In this document: piece by piece, positions 20,620 through 31,504 of the stretch
How the letters are laid out: each line of letters begins with the position of its first letter
Position numbering within the stretch: the stretch's first letter is position 1
Assembly (NCBI GenBank): GCA_032718475.1
Contig: JAUCBJ010002013.1
Span: 1-42,029, forward strand
Direction: 5' to 3'
Source: Nemertoderma westbladi
Taxonomy: Eukaryota > Animalia > Xenacoelomorpha
Length of the DNA stretch: 42,029 nt
The notes under the pieces: generated by a model
Database searches by the model: none
Told to the model about the DNA's origin: nothing
Seen by the model: only the letters and a program-made list of their open reading frames with translations
Made by a program: the position numbers and the translations under genes

Positions 20620-21726
20620 ATGGCTACAAGCACGACAGTGGCAAGAAAGAAGAGAAAAGTACTACTCGGGGTAGTACCAGTGAAGATATCAGGAGAGGGC
20701 GGTCGATCAGTAACGACATTAATGCTGGTCGACAGCGGAGCAGCTTTCATGCTGGTGGAGAACTGGGTGGCCAAAGAGATAGGGCTAAAGACAAGGCCGA
20801 ATAGAATGGCGGTAACTACCGTCTCAAGTAAGGATGAGGTCCTGGAGATGAGGACGGGGCGGTGCAAGATGGCAGCGATAGCACCGGGATGCGATTATAG
20901 GGCGACGATCGACCCCATCCATGTCATAGAATTGATAAATATCAACGCCAGGCGACCAACCAACATTGAGGTCGAACAATATAGATTTCTGGACGGTATC
21001 GATTTCTCAATACCAGAGGTGGACGTTAGGAAGGTATCCATTATAGTAGGAATGGACTGCCCGACGGCCCACGAGAGAATTAAGACGGTCTTCGGCAAAG
21101 ACAGACAGCGGGATCCGACGGCAATCCTCATGCCGTTCGGATTGACGCTTAGCGGCCCAGTTAAAACCAAGATTCCATCCAGAGTGATGGAGACATCAGG
21201 GTGCATGTTACCAGGCACCGTAGACGCAGAGGACGCAGAGGAGAGACCAGAAACGGTAGATAGACCAGGCGGGGAAGTAAAAGTAAGAGAGTGGGCGGAG
21301 GAGAATGGATTTGACACGGAAGACTTTCCGGTGGAGTGTCAGGAGGACAATAGTCCGCAGGAGTGCCCAGAGGAGTGTCCGGAAGAGACGCCGGTCTGGT
21401 TGAGAGGCATACCGACAAGGGGGAAGTCGAGAAGGAAGACAGGATGGAAAGGGATAGAACTACTATTGTACGTTCTGTTTTGTCTGTACTTTCACTTTCT
21501 TTTCATTCTGCCGCCGGGAGACAACAAGGTGGGAGGTGGCATTTTGATGCCAAGAGACGAGGAAGTTGAGAAGGCGGCGGAGAGACCCGATTTTAGGGTG
21601 GCGGAAGAGGGAGAACCAATTCCTGGTCAGTTGGAATTGGCGAAGAAAGTGTGGCGAAGAGTAAGAGGACGTATAGGAGGGCAGTGGGAGAGTGCCTACT
21701 GGAAGAAGGGGCACCTTAGAGTTTAG
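20620..21726 (+). pseudogene. BEL aspartic protease fused to a degenerate pol C-terminal remnant
   Basis: VLLGVVPVKI...LMLVDSGAAFMLV (DSG catalytic motif), VSIIVGMDCP, MPFGLTLSGP; ends WRRVRGRIGGQWESAYW, resembling the post-integrase region; no YxDD. Confidence 0.85.
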
Positions 21727-21938
21727 TCGTCCAATGTTTTGGACTGAGGGGTGTGGGAATGAGGGCGACACGCCCTTCCCACGCACAAATAATTATTTCA
21801 ATAAAAATAATTAAATAATTAAATAAGAAAGTTAGAAGAGTTAGTAAGTAGAAAGTTAGAAGAGTAGTTAGTAAAAGTCAGAAAGTAAATAGTAAGTAGT
21901 AGTTAGTAGAAGTAAGTTAGTTAGAGAGTTAGTAAGAG

Positions 21939-22250
21939 GTTAGAAGTCGGCTGGGTATAGGGAGTGTGGTATATAAACATACCACGGGAGTAGAGGGTAC
22001 GTAGTACCGAGTTAGGTTAGAAGTCGGCGGGTAAGGGGGTGTGGTATATTAACATGCCACGAGTAGCAGAAGGGTTGTGGGCACTGGAAGCGCCTCGTAG
22101 AAAGTAGTAGTAGAGAGGTTGTGGGCACCGGAAGCGCCACGTAGATGGAGGTAGTAGCAGAGAGTGGTTGTGGGCACTGCAAGCGCCACGTAGATGGAGG
22201 TAGTAGCAGAGGGTGGTTGTGGGCACCGAAAGCGCCACGTAGAAAGTAGT
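21939..22250 (+). repeat. BEL 3' UTR repeats (2 x ~55-75 bp and 4 x ~46 bp) with hairpins
   Basis: GTTAGAAGTCGGC..GTGGTATA..CATRCCAC twice; GTAGYAG..GGTTGTGGGCAC..AAGCGCCACGTAGA four times. Confidence 0.85.
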
Positions 22251-22836
22251 AAGCGGAGTAGACTTAGCAGAGGGTTTTAGTTAGAGCTAGTAGAGTTAGA
22301 GTTAGTAGAGAGTTGGAGAGTTCTAGTAGAGTTAGGAGTTAGTTAGAGTTAGAGAAGCTAGAAAGTAGTAAGTAGTTAGTAAGTTAGATTTAGATAAGAT
22401 AGATAGCACGATAGCACAGTATGGTAGCACAAGTACAGGAGCACAGAGATAGTGAGAGGAGCTGTTGGCGAGAGAGAAGTTAGAGTGCGATTCAGGTGTG
22501 GGGAGAGAGTAAGAGCGGGAAGAGAGTAAGAGCGGAGTTAGGGTGGAGTTGGAGGAGAGTTAGAGTGAGAGGTTAGAGTTTGAGAGAGAGTTTTAAAATT
22601 GTGTGAGAATCCACAATTGGCTCGACACGAGACGTCAGATGTCTTGGTGCAACATAGGTTGCGGTTGCACCAATAGAGGGTAGAAACATCATACCCAGAG
22701 GGAGCGGCCTGGAAAGCCGTCTCCAAGTAAAAAATAACTCCACCCCACACCCGATAGTAGATCGAGTTTCCAGCGGAATTGAAGCGCACTTGGAGGTTGA
22801 TGCTATCTTCTCACAGGGAAGATAGCATGGGGGGAG

Positions 22837-23448
22837 TGTGAGCTTATTCAATTCCGCCTCACCAACCCCCATAAAGTTGGGAAGGGCGCCTTTAAGCAAT
22901 ATTGGGAAGTACGAGGTTGATTACCAGTTAACCTCGTATCACCCCAATAAACGGGGACGACCCCCAAAGGGCCGCCCACAATGGAGGTCAGAGGTTAAGC
23001 CTCCAGGGAGAGGGAAAGTGACAGTAGCTGGGGGGGGGGGGGGGAAACACTCCCAGAGAGTTTTAAGGGCGAAAATTAGGTTACTAGCCAATGGGGGGAC
23101 AGCAGGGCATCAGCTAGGCAATACGGCCAAAGGTAGTGTAGTATATTACCGGTCGGTGTTGCATTTATCAGTTAGTTTACCCAGTCACTCAGTGAACACC
23201 GGTGACATCTTTGCACCGTCATCGCCACCCAATACTGCTATATTACCGGAACATATCTTGTCAATCTATTATTGCTGCCTAACTGTAACTTACTGTGTCA
23301 TATATATATATATATCATTATCTGAATATCAAGGAACATCAATCAATTCTTACTGTTTTACTACAACGGCCTCGGCCTCGGCACCCAAGGGTAAACACGG
23401 TGACGCGTAGCAAACCAAATCCGGTCGGGATCCCTCGATCCCGTCACA
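22837..23448 (+). repeat. 3' LTR of the BEL element
   Basis: Preceded by the PPT (22829-22836) and a TGCTATCTTC..GAAGATAGCA hairpin; followed by TSD TTCTG. Confidence 0.95.
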
Positions 23449-23632
23449 TTCTGTCAGTCTTGTACCAATCTTAATCTTATTGTTTATAGAAATGGAGTAT
23501 TGAATATAAATTTAGATATAAATTTCTATATATAAATACAAATATACCTTGCTAACATAGATCGCTTGACATACCTAAAACTACTGCCACCTGTATTTAA
23601 TTTATTGATTAATATTTATTGAAGATTTGATA

Positions 23633-25156
23633 ATGGATCAACATATTAATTTATTGAAAGAGAAATCATCTGGCGCTGATATAGTTATAAAGAGAGAACA
23701 AACAGACTTTATAATCATAAAGAAAGAACCAACAGACTCCACCCCCTATTATCTTGATGTTAAACAAGAGAACTGCGTTTACGGATCATCTCCCATCGAA
23801 GAGCACAACAATTTGTTCGGTAGAGTAGATGTTGTCCCTGTACTAGATGACGAAGATATTTCTTATGAACCATCTGGAGATTCTTTTATTGTTGAAAAAC
23901 GGGAAAACGACGGCCCAGACTGTTCTTATGGTAGGCCTATTGGAACTGAAGGTACTGAAGCGACAATCAGTTGTGCAACAACAGATTCCGGTAGTTCTAA
24001 TGAAACTGTTGGGGAGTTGGTATCTTCTTCAGATACCAGTTCCTGTTTGCATTGCAATGAATTATTTAATGACAAAGGGAATTTAGAGAGACATATAGAA
24101 TCCATTCATAAAGACGTCAAGAATAAGTATAAATGCGATTATAGTGAGAAACTTTTTAAATGGAATAGTGCTTTAAAGAGGCATGTTGACGCTACCCATA
24201 AAGGTATAAAATATAATTGCAGTTATTGTCATGAAGAATTCAGCCAGCAAATGAATCTAAACACCCATGTGAACTACTTTCATAAAGATATCAAACATAA
24301 GTGCGTTTATTGTCATAAAGAGTTCAGTTACAAACGCTTACTAAAACAACATGTCGACTCTATACATAAATATGTCAAACAAAAGTGCGGCTATTGTAAT
24401 AAAGAATTCAGCCGGAAAGGCAATCTAAACACCCACATTAACTTTGCCCACAAAGGTATCAAGTATAGCTGCTCCGATTGCGGAAAATCATTTGCTACAA
24501 AAGGCGAAATAAAAAAACATGTCGACTCTATACATAAAGATATTAAATATAAGTGCGATTATTGTCATAAAGAATTCAGCCAGAAAGGGAGTCTAAACAC
24601 CCACATTAACTTTACCCACAAAGGTATCATCAAGTATAACTGCTCCGATTGTGGAAAATCATTTGCTAAAAAAGACGCACTAAACCGACATGTCGATTCT
24701 ATACATAAAGATATCAAACATAAGTGCGGTTATTGTAATAAAGAATTCAGCCAGAAAGGGCCTCTAAACACCCATGTGAACTACTTTCATAAAGATATCA
24801 AGTACAACTGTTTTCATTGTGGAAAATCATTTGCTAGAAAAGCCGAACTAAAACAACATGTCGACTCTATACATAAAGATATCAAACACAAGTGCGATTA
24901 TTGTAATAAAGAATTCAGCCAGCAAATAAGTCTAAACACCCACATCAACTACTCCCATAAAGATATCAAGTACAACTGTTTCGATTGTGGGAAGTCATTT
25001 GCTACAAAAGCCGCTCTAAAACGACATGTCGACTCTATACATAAAGGTATTAAACATAAGTGCGGTTATTGTCATAAAGAATTCAGTCGGCAAGCCTACC
25101 TAAACATCCATGTCAATTCTGTTCATAAATCTCCTCTCTTCTCAAGTTACCGGTAA
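23633..25156 (+). CDS. Tandem C2H2 zinc-finger protein (13 fingers, one degenerate) with an acidic low-complexity N-terminus
   Basis: Open ~507-aa frame from ATG 23633; repeated C-X2-C-X12-H-X4-H with K(D/G)IK(Y/H) linkers; IKRE/IKKE/VKQE SUMO-type motifs; AATAAA at ~25240. Could be the last exon of a longer gene (AG at ~23625). Confidence 0.92.
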   Translation: MDQHINLLKEKSSGADIVIKREQTDFIIIKKEPTDSTPYYLDVKQENCVYGSSPIEEHNNLFGRVDVVPVLDDEDISYEPSGDSFIVEKRENDGPDCSYGRPIGTEGTEATISCATTDSGSSNETVGELVSSSDTSSCLHCNELFNDKGNLERHIESIHKDVKNKYKCDYSEKLFKWNSALKRHVDATHKGIKYNCSYCHEEFSQQMNLNTHVNYFHKDIKHKCVYCHKEFSYKRLLKQHVDSIHKYVKQKCGYCNKEFSRKGNLNTHINFAHKGIKYSCSDCGKSFATKGEIKKHVDSIHKDIKYKCDYCHKEFSQKGSLNTHINFTHKGIIKYNCSDCGKSFAKKDALNRHVDSIHKDIKHKCGYCNKEFSQKGPLNTHVNYFHKDIKYNCFHCGKSFARKAELKQHVDSIHKDIKHKCDYCNKEFSQQISLNTHINYSHKDIKYNCFDCGKSFATKAALKRHVDSIHKGIKHKCGYCHKEFSRQAYLNIHVNSVHKSPLFSSYR

Positions 25157-26103
25157 CAAAATTGTTGTATTTGTACTGAACTATATTTGTATCTAATCAT
25201 TATCGGAAAGATGTTTCTTTTAGAGTGAATTAAATATAAAATAAATAGGTGATTGTTAATTTTTAATAGACTACAGTCATTACTAGGTTTATTTCACCGA
25301 CATCCCCTAGAACAGAGACATCACTTTTCAAAAATTTGAGTGGTTCAAGTGGTTCTAATACATTGATTATCAGGTTATTAATGTTTTCAGGGATACTGAT
25401 TGTAATGCAACATAAACCAAATCAATTAATGAACCAAAGTGAAACTTATAAATTAGTCACATGTCGAGTCTTATACGCTAAATTTCCCATCGCTTGATCG
25501 TTTTTCTCAATTTTTTGTCTATAAATGGTCTCCTAACCCGATATTGTTTATATATTTCTATACTTTTTTTGACTAACGTACCTATGGTTAACCATGTATA
25601 TATCAAATTTAAATAAATTCAACTTAACTACATTGAGTTACAACTCTAGCCCCATATCGTAAAGGATAGGTATAATTATGTGCAAAACTATTGTATTGGG
25701 GACAACAGTCAAAAAGAGCTACTAACAGTCCGAAAAACTCACCAACAGTTGGAAAACAGTCCCGGTATAGTCTACCAACAGTCAAGGGCTTCAAAAATTA
25801 TCTTAATAGATTATTTAAATTCGAATAATCAAAGTAATATCAGCTGATAGCCGTAACTAAGGAAATTACATCATTCTTACCATATACCTCAGTAGACCTA
25901 CGGAACCCATACAGTTGTTAATAACACGGTATTCAGGTATTATGGAACCGGGAACGGCAAGGATGTTGGTCTAGTTTAGTTTGCGGTACCGCCACAAGTC
26001 AACAAATTCAAACATTGGGCATTAAGTTTTGACAGAATACCCGTCATCGTACCGCAATATTTTTCAACAGATAGGAAGATCAACTTTGATAATATACGGA
26101 TAT

Positions 26104-26176
26104 GGGTATACGGACATTTCGTCCCCGGACTTTTCGTCCCGGACTTTTCCTCTCGGACTTTTCGTCCTGGACATTC
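26104..26176 (+). repeat. GGACWTTTCGTCC tandem, probable Mutator-like transposon end
   Basis: Four to five ~14-15 bp units starting GGGTATACGGACATTTCGTCCCC. Confidence 0.45.
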
Positions 26177-26900
26177 CCACTTATTCCCACGTACCCTTAT
26201 TCGATTCAATCTCGTCATATTTTGTAAATATTGCTTGATATATCTGTATATCATATATATATTAATTATATATAATATTGCTAATTTGTAATTATATATA
26301 AACAAGATGAAAAAATCCTCAGTTTCAGCAGTTATTCTCAGCTTCAGCAATAAAATTTATTTAAATTTTCAGGCGCTGTAATATATGGTAGGGCCCATAT
26401 CCATGACTATTTTATATGATAAAGAGGGTATGTTATTAAATAACATATAATACTGCTAACTCAGCTCCCCCTAAGTGTGCTACAGTGGATATCCGTCACA
26501 CACAGTAAGCAGTATCTAAAAGTCATTCAAATTTACTGCCACCACAACATGACAAGTGGTTTTGTTTTCTTTTACTTAAGTTCTTAGGTACACTGAAATC
26601 TATCTGGCTTTCTAGATGTACGCTCTGATCGTCCGTCATACTTGTGGGTTTGATATATGTTCTTCATCCGATTCTTCATTACATGGTAACATGCGATTCG
26701 GTTTGTAAAGGGCGTAAATGTATTCTGTTTCTCCACAATAGTCTACCAGAGGGCAGATAAAGTCGATATCTCTGTGGGATTATTTCACTTTTAGGTAGAT
26801 ATCTACAGTACTACGTAAAAAACTTTCTAAATCCGGCGTATTTTGCCTTTTTTGTAGTAGTTGTAATATGCCTATTTTCTACCGTAGTTATAATTTCACT

Positions 26901-26985
26901 GGGGTTTCCATTGGCGCAGTGGTCGAGTACGTTAAGGTGCGGGTTACATTCTAAGTAGGTCAGGGGTTCGAATCTGGGTCGGTAA
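26901..26985 (+). mobile_element. tRNA-derived Pol III head (SINE-like or tRNA pseudogene)
   Basis: A box TGGCGCAGTGG (26912-26922) and B box GGTTCGAATC (26965-26974); no proper cloverleaf. Confidence 0.5.
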
Positions 26986-28080
26986 ATTTGTATTTTGGGC
27001 TATTATATTTTCGGTTTCATTAATTTAGATAAGCCAATGGGGTGCGTACAACACGTGGAACGATGGGTTGGGCCAATCATAGGGCACTTGACAATTTATT
27101 GCTCCAATGTGCGTTCATGGAATGTTGTAGAATGTTCTAGTTGATTCCATGCTTAGGATTTGCTATATTAGGGGCAGTTTGTCCTTCGGTTATCACTCTA
27201 TCTATCACCTTAGTTTATACACACCAATACTTGTAAAACCTTATCCTTAACTTACTATCTTTAGTTTAATTTCCCCTTTGTTATTTTGTAAAGTTAAGTT
27301 GATAAGTCTTTGTCATTTTACGTTAAATATACTGCAAACTCTCAGCCATATAGTTTTAACATATCTATCTTGAGACAGCCAAATGCTTCGGAGAATGGCT
27401 GCCTAGACCGTTAGGCTTCAGCAACGCAAGGGAAAGGATGTCCACGACGCACTAGAGAGCCCACATTATCTTCGCCCACGCCCATTCGAGAGTATGTCTC
27501 ATCCCCAGAAAGCACGCACGTCAGAGGAAGGTAAGACTTTGTTCGACGCCCTTGCCCGCCGTAAGACCTTAGATCAGGGTAAAGCGTGACGCCGTCCTGG
27601 GACGACGTAAAATTTAGGATCAAATATTTCAGATTCAGACAGGAAAAACCCGGTCAACCTGTATCTCCTACAGGTGCGAGCTGTTGCTGTTCGTCAGTAC
27701 GCGCAAGTACACTTAGGTGCGAGTAGCACGCTCTATAATTTGGTGATTTGCAGTACTGACAGTACAGTACCGGTTAGCTTTGTAGGCCTTATAGTTTGAC
27801 TGACCTGTCTGATTCCAAAGTATTCGATCAGGTAAGAGGCAGCTTTCTGCTACCGGCACATGTTTGGCTTAGGGAGGTTTACTAAAATCCTACCGCGCCC
27901 TTGCCACGAACTGATAGGTATTTACTGCTAACCACCGCACTAACAAAGTTCTAGAATCAAATTTATATACCAGATCAGCTAACTTACGGTAGTAAATTAA
28001 CACCTATTTCCTTATCTCACAATCAGAATCTGATATTAGCGCCGATCACGGGTGTAGTTACTAACACCATAATTGCCCGG

Positions 28081-28111
<31 letters not shown>

Positions 28112-28516
28112 TCGCCACACATGTTAAAATACATAAATACAACAAACAATTATACCTGGCATCAACTTATAAATACGCTACTGCGTGTTACACGGGATTG
28201 TTGCTAAATAATAATAAACACGGGAAATAGAATTATTACACAATTATACAGTAGGTTTTCCACTGTTTAAAAAATTAAAATAAGTACAATTATTATTATT
28301 ATTGCACTCAAAATACACCTAATGGTGTACATCATCAAAAAGATAATTAATTTCTCTATTAGTTGAAAATATGATGAAATGCAAATTACAATTACACTCA
28401 AAATACGATACGATATACAATACAATAAAATCACGTAAAATAAAATAAAATAAATCAGTGATTTAAAAATAAGAATTTAAATTTTTAAACGTTGGGGGGA
28501 ACGGGACAATGTAAAA

Positions 28517-31468
28517 TCAATAAAGGTACCGGTGGAGAGTAAAATGCGCACTGGATACTTGTCGCACGGGGACATCACTGTATATGTTCATAATGGCCTC
28601 TATGGCCTTGTCTAGACGGTTCTTAAAGATATTTACGGACGGATTTCCAAGGATATCACGCGCATTCACTATGTCTTCACTTAACCTATTCCATATATTC
28701 ACGACCCTAGTCGCGAAACTGTTGACATGAGGCAAATGGTGACCAGCAGTATTCCGTTTGTATAGCGCTAAAGACGACCCTCGGGTAGCGTAGGAGTGAC
28801 GTTGGTTTTTGAATTCAAAGAATTTACTTAAGTCGACCCTATCAATCCTATGAACAAACTTGTATGTATTTATCATATCGGCTCGAATCCGTCTGTATAT
28901 CAATGTAGGTATGCCAAGTGATCGGAGGCGTTCTTCGTACGTCATATCTTGAAGGGAGGGAACAATTTTGGTAGCACGATGTTGAACTCGTTCTATTAAC
29001 TCTATGTCTTTCTGTTGGTAGGGGCACCAAACAACAGTAGCGTACTCAAGAAGGGGACGTATAATGGATCGATACAGGTTTAAAAACATTCGTGGTTCCA
29101 TAAATGTAAACGTGTGCTTAACAAGGTTGAGAATTCGGGTCGCTCGGGCAGCGATGGTGGTACAATGAGTTGAGAACGATAAGTTGGAACTGAAGGTCAC
29201 ACCCAGATCTTTTTCTTCACTAACAGTTTCTAGAACGTTGCCATTCAATAAGTATGAATACTGAGGATTCTCACGCCCTAGATGAATCACCTTACATTTT
29301 GAAGGGTTGAAATGGAGATGCCAACGACTAGCCCAATCGACAAGTGAGTCTAGATCGGTCTGGAGAATATCAAGATCCACTGAACTATGGATTGGCCTAT
29401 AAATTTTGGTGTCATCAACAAAGATTTTGCAAATCGACGATACCATATCCGGAATATCATTCACAAAGATCAAGAACAGAATTGGCGCGGTCACCGTACC
29501 TTGCGGCACACCACTGGAAACCACCCGATACCCACTCAGTACCCCGTTTACACGTACACACTGTGTACGGTCAGTGAGAAAATTGCAGACCCACACAGCC
29601 ACGTTACCCTTGATCCCGTACGCATTCAACTTTTGGAGAAGCAACTTATGTGATACCGTATCAAATGCACGTCGCAGGTCAAGATATACTACATCGGCGC
29701 CAAGAGTGTGTAAATCGTCTACATAGGAACAGAAATCTTCTAGTACTTCCAATAGTTGGGTAACCGTGGATCGGTGGGACCTACCACCATGCTGTGAATC
29801 TGTGAACAGATCATTTGATTCGAAATGATAAACCATAGCATCTCTGATAAACTTTTCACAAACCTTAGCCAGGATGCACGTGAGGGAGATGGGCCGGTAA
29901 TTCTCAGGATTGTGTTTCGGGGGTTTCTTAAGCAGAGGATTAATAATTGCTATACGCCAATCGTCTGGTACCTCACCAGTGTCAAAAGATCGTCGAAATA
30001 TACTGTGACACGGAACGGCAAGTACGCTTGCCAATTCCTTAATAACCCTACTATGAAGAAGGTCAGGGCCGGCAGACTTATTGGGATTAAGCTCGCTCAA
30101 TGACTCGAGTACATCATCAACTGAAAAGTCGATATTCTCTAATGGAGTAACATTAGCACCAATGTGACTAGTGTCCGGGCAATACCCACTCGGAATGTCC
30201 TCATCGTTGGAGAAAACCGCAGCAAATATCTCACTGAAGATTTCCGCCATCCCTGACTCCGAACTCACAGTTTCGTTCTGACTACGAAGTGGCCCTAACG
30301 GGCACCTGTTTTTCCTTTTGGAATTTACATATTTCCGAAAAACTTTCGGGTTCGAGCTGGAAAGTTCGGCTATTTGTTCCTCATGGTCCCTTTTAGCTTT
30401 CCAACACGCCCTTCCAGCATACTGTCTAGCACGGACATATCGATCACGGTTCCGCTCTGTGCGAAATGAGCGCCACCGCTGAAAGAATACCTGTTTCCGT
30501 TGTACAGCGGTGATCACTGAATGAGTCATCCATGGTTGCTTATAGCTATTTACCCTACTACTAGTGGTTGGGACGAAAACACCTTGACCGGATAAGAGCT
30601 CAGATTTCAGGTCGTTCCATGCTTCATTAGTTGACTTTTCAGCGAACCGCTCACCCCAAGGGACGTCTCTCAATGAGACACGCCAGCCCTCATAATCAGC
30701 ACTGTCATACCGGAAGTGAGATGATCTGGGTTCAGGGGGTACTGAAAGTATTTTCAATTGACCATAAACTACACCATGGTCTGATTTACCCACACCGCTT
30801 AGAACACGAACATCAGATATAGCATCATGCGATTTTGTAAAAAATAAATCAAGTATTGAATCGGTACCCTCGGTAGAAAACCGGGTAGGCTCATAAACAT
30901 GTTGAGTTAGGTGTCTATCTAAAAAGAAGGTTAAAAAAGCACGTTCAAACGGTCGAGATTTGCACGATACAGTTAACGTCTGCCAGTTAATTTCAGGGAA
31001 ATTAAAATCTCCGAGTAGTAGCAACTCACTACTCGTATCAGTACAACCAATCAAATGATCAATTAAACAATGTAAGTGGGCATTATTTACATCACTGGAC
31101 GAGGTCGATCTATAAATACAGGTTACAATAAACTTTGGACCTTTGTGCACATTAATCTCAGCACAAACAAAATCCGAAAAAAGACTATGTGCAAAATTGA
31201 CATCAAACTTATTAACCGAGTAGAAAGAAGACATTTTTATATACAGGGCGACTCCACCACCTGATAGATTACGGTCACATCTAAATAGGTGGTAGGGCCC
31301 CAGGGATAATGCTTCGTCACAAAAACTTTCATCTACCCAAGTTTCAGTTATTGCAATAATATCCGGTTTTTGTATTCCCACTCTAAGTTTTAGTTCGTTT
31401 AGTTTATTACGTACACATTGAGCATTTAAATTTAATACAGAAAAGCCATTAACTACAGACCACTGCAC
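28517..31468 (-). CDS. LINE ORF2: apurinic-like endonuclease + reverse transcriptase (983 aa, uninterrupted)
   Basis: APE motifs IAITETW, GGGVALY, GDFN, SILDL, SDH; RT motifs KSAGPD, YRPISL, YLDLRRAFD, GVPQG, FVDD, KDLGV; CR1-type C-terminus (YEERL..L.L..RR.R.D..F..RVVN.WN.L). Confidence 0.97.
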   Translation of the reverse strand: MQWSVVNGFSVLNLNAQCVRNKLNELKLRVGIQKPDIIAITETWVDESFCDEALSLGPYHLFRCDRNLSGGGVALYIKMSSFYSVNKFDVNFAHSLFSDFVCAEINVHKGPKFIVTCIYRSTSSSDVNNAHLHCLIDHLIGCTDTSSELLLLGDFNFPEINWQTLTVSCKSRPFERAFLTFFLDRHLTQHVYEPTRFSTEGTDSILDLFFTKSHDAISDVRVLSGVGKSDHGVVYGQLKILSVPPEPRSSHFRYDSADYEGWRVSLRDVPWGERFAEKSTNEAWNDLKSELLSGQGVFVPTTSSRVNSYKQPWMTHSVITAVQRKQVFFQRWRSFRTERNRDRYVRARQYAGRACWKAKRDHEEQIAELSSSNPKVFRKYVNSKRKNRCPLGPLRSQNETVSSESGMAEIFSEIFAAVFSNDEDIPSGYCPDTSHIGANVTPLENIDFSVDDVLESLSELNPNKSAGPDLLHSRVIKELASVLAVPCHSIFRRSFDTGEVPDDWRIAIINPLLKKPPKHNPENYRPISLTCILAKVCEKFIRDAMVYHFESNDLFTDSQHGGRSHRSTVTQLLEVLEDFCSYVDDLHTLGADVVYLDLRRAFDTVSHKLLLQKLNAYGIKGNVAVWVCNFLTDRTQCVRVNGVLSGYRVVSSGVPQGTVTAPILFLIFVNDIPDMVSSICKIFVDDTKIYRPIHSSVDLDILQTDLDSLVDWASRWHLHFNPSKCKVIHLGRENPQYSYLLNGNVLETVSEEKDLGVTFSSNLSFSTHCTTIAARATRILNLVKHTFTFMEPRMFLNLYRSIIRPLLEYATVVWCPYQQKDIELIERVQHRATKIVPSLQDMTYEERLRSLGIPTLIYRRIRADMINTYKFVHRIDRVDLSKFFEFKNQRHSYATRGSSLALYKRNTAGHHLPHVNSFATRVVNIWNRLSEDIVNARDILGNPSVNIFKNRLDKAIEAIMNIYSDVPVRQVSSAHFTLHRYLY

Positions 31469-31504
31469 ATCCTCGTCAAGACTTATTGATGATACACCTG
31501 CGGG

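Larger units (their letters stand above)
15803..23448 (+). mobile_element. BEL/Pao LTR retrotransposon, non-autonomous (RT, RNase H and most of integrase missing)
   Basis: Two ~615-bp LTRs (TGTGA...TCACA), 5-bp TSD TTCTG at 15798-15802 and 23449-23453, PPT GGGGGGAG, DUF1759-type gag and DSG protease. Confidence 0.95.

Noticed and set aside
22838-23410. 190-aa ORF (and its pieces at 15804-16297)
   Set aside because: Entirely within the LTR and broken by frameshifts in the other LTR copy
26901-26985. Functional tRNA gene
   Set aside because: A and B boxes are present but acceptor and anticodon stems do not pair
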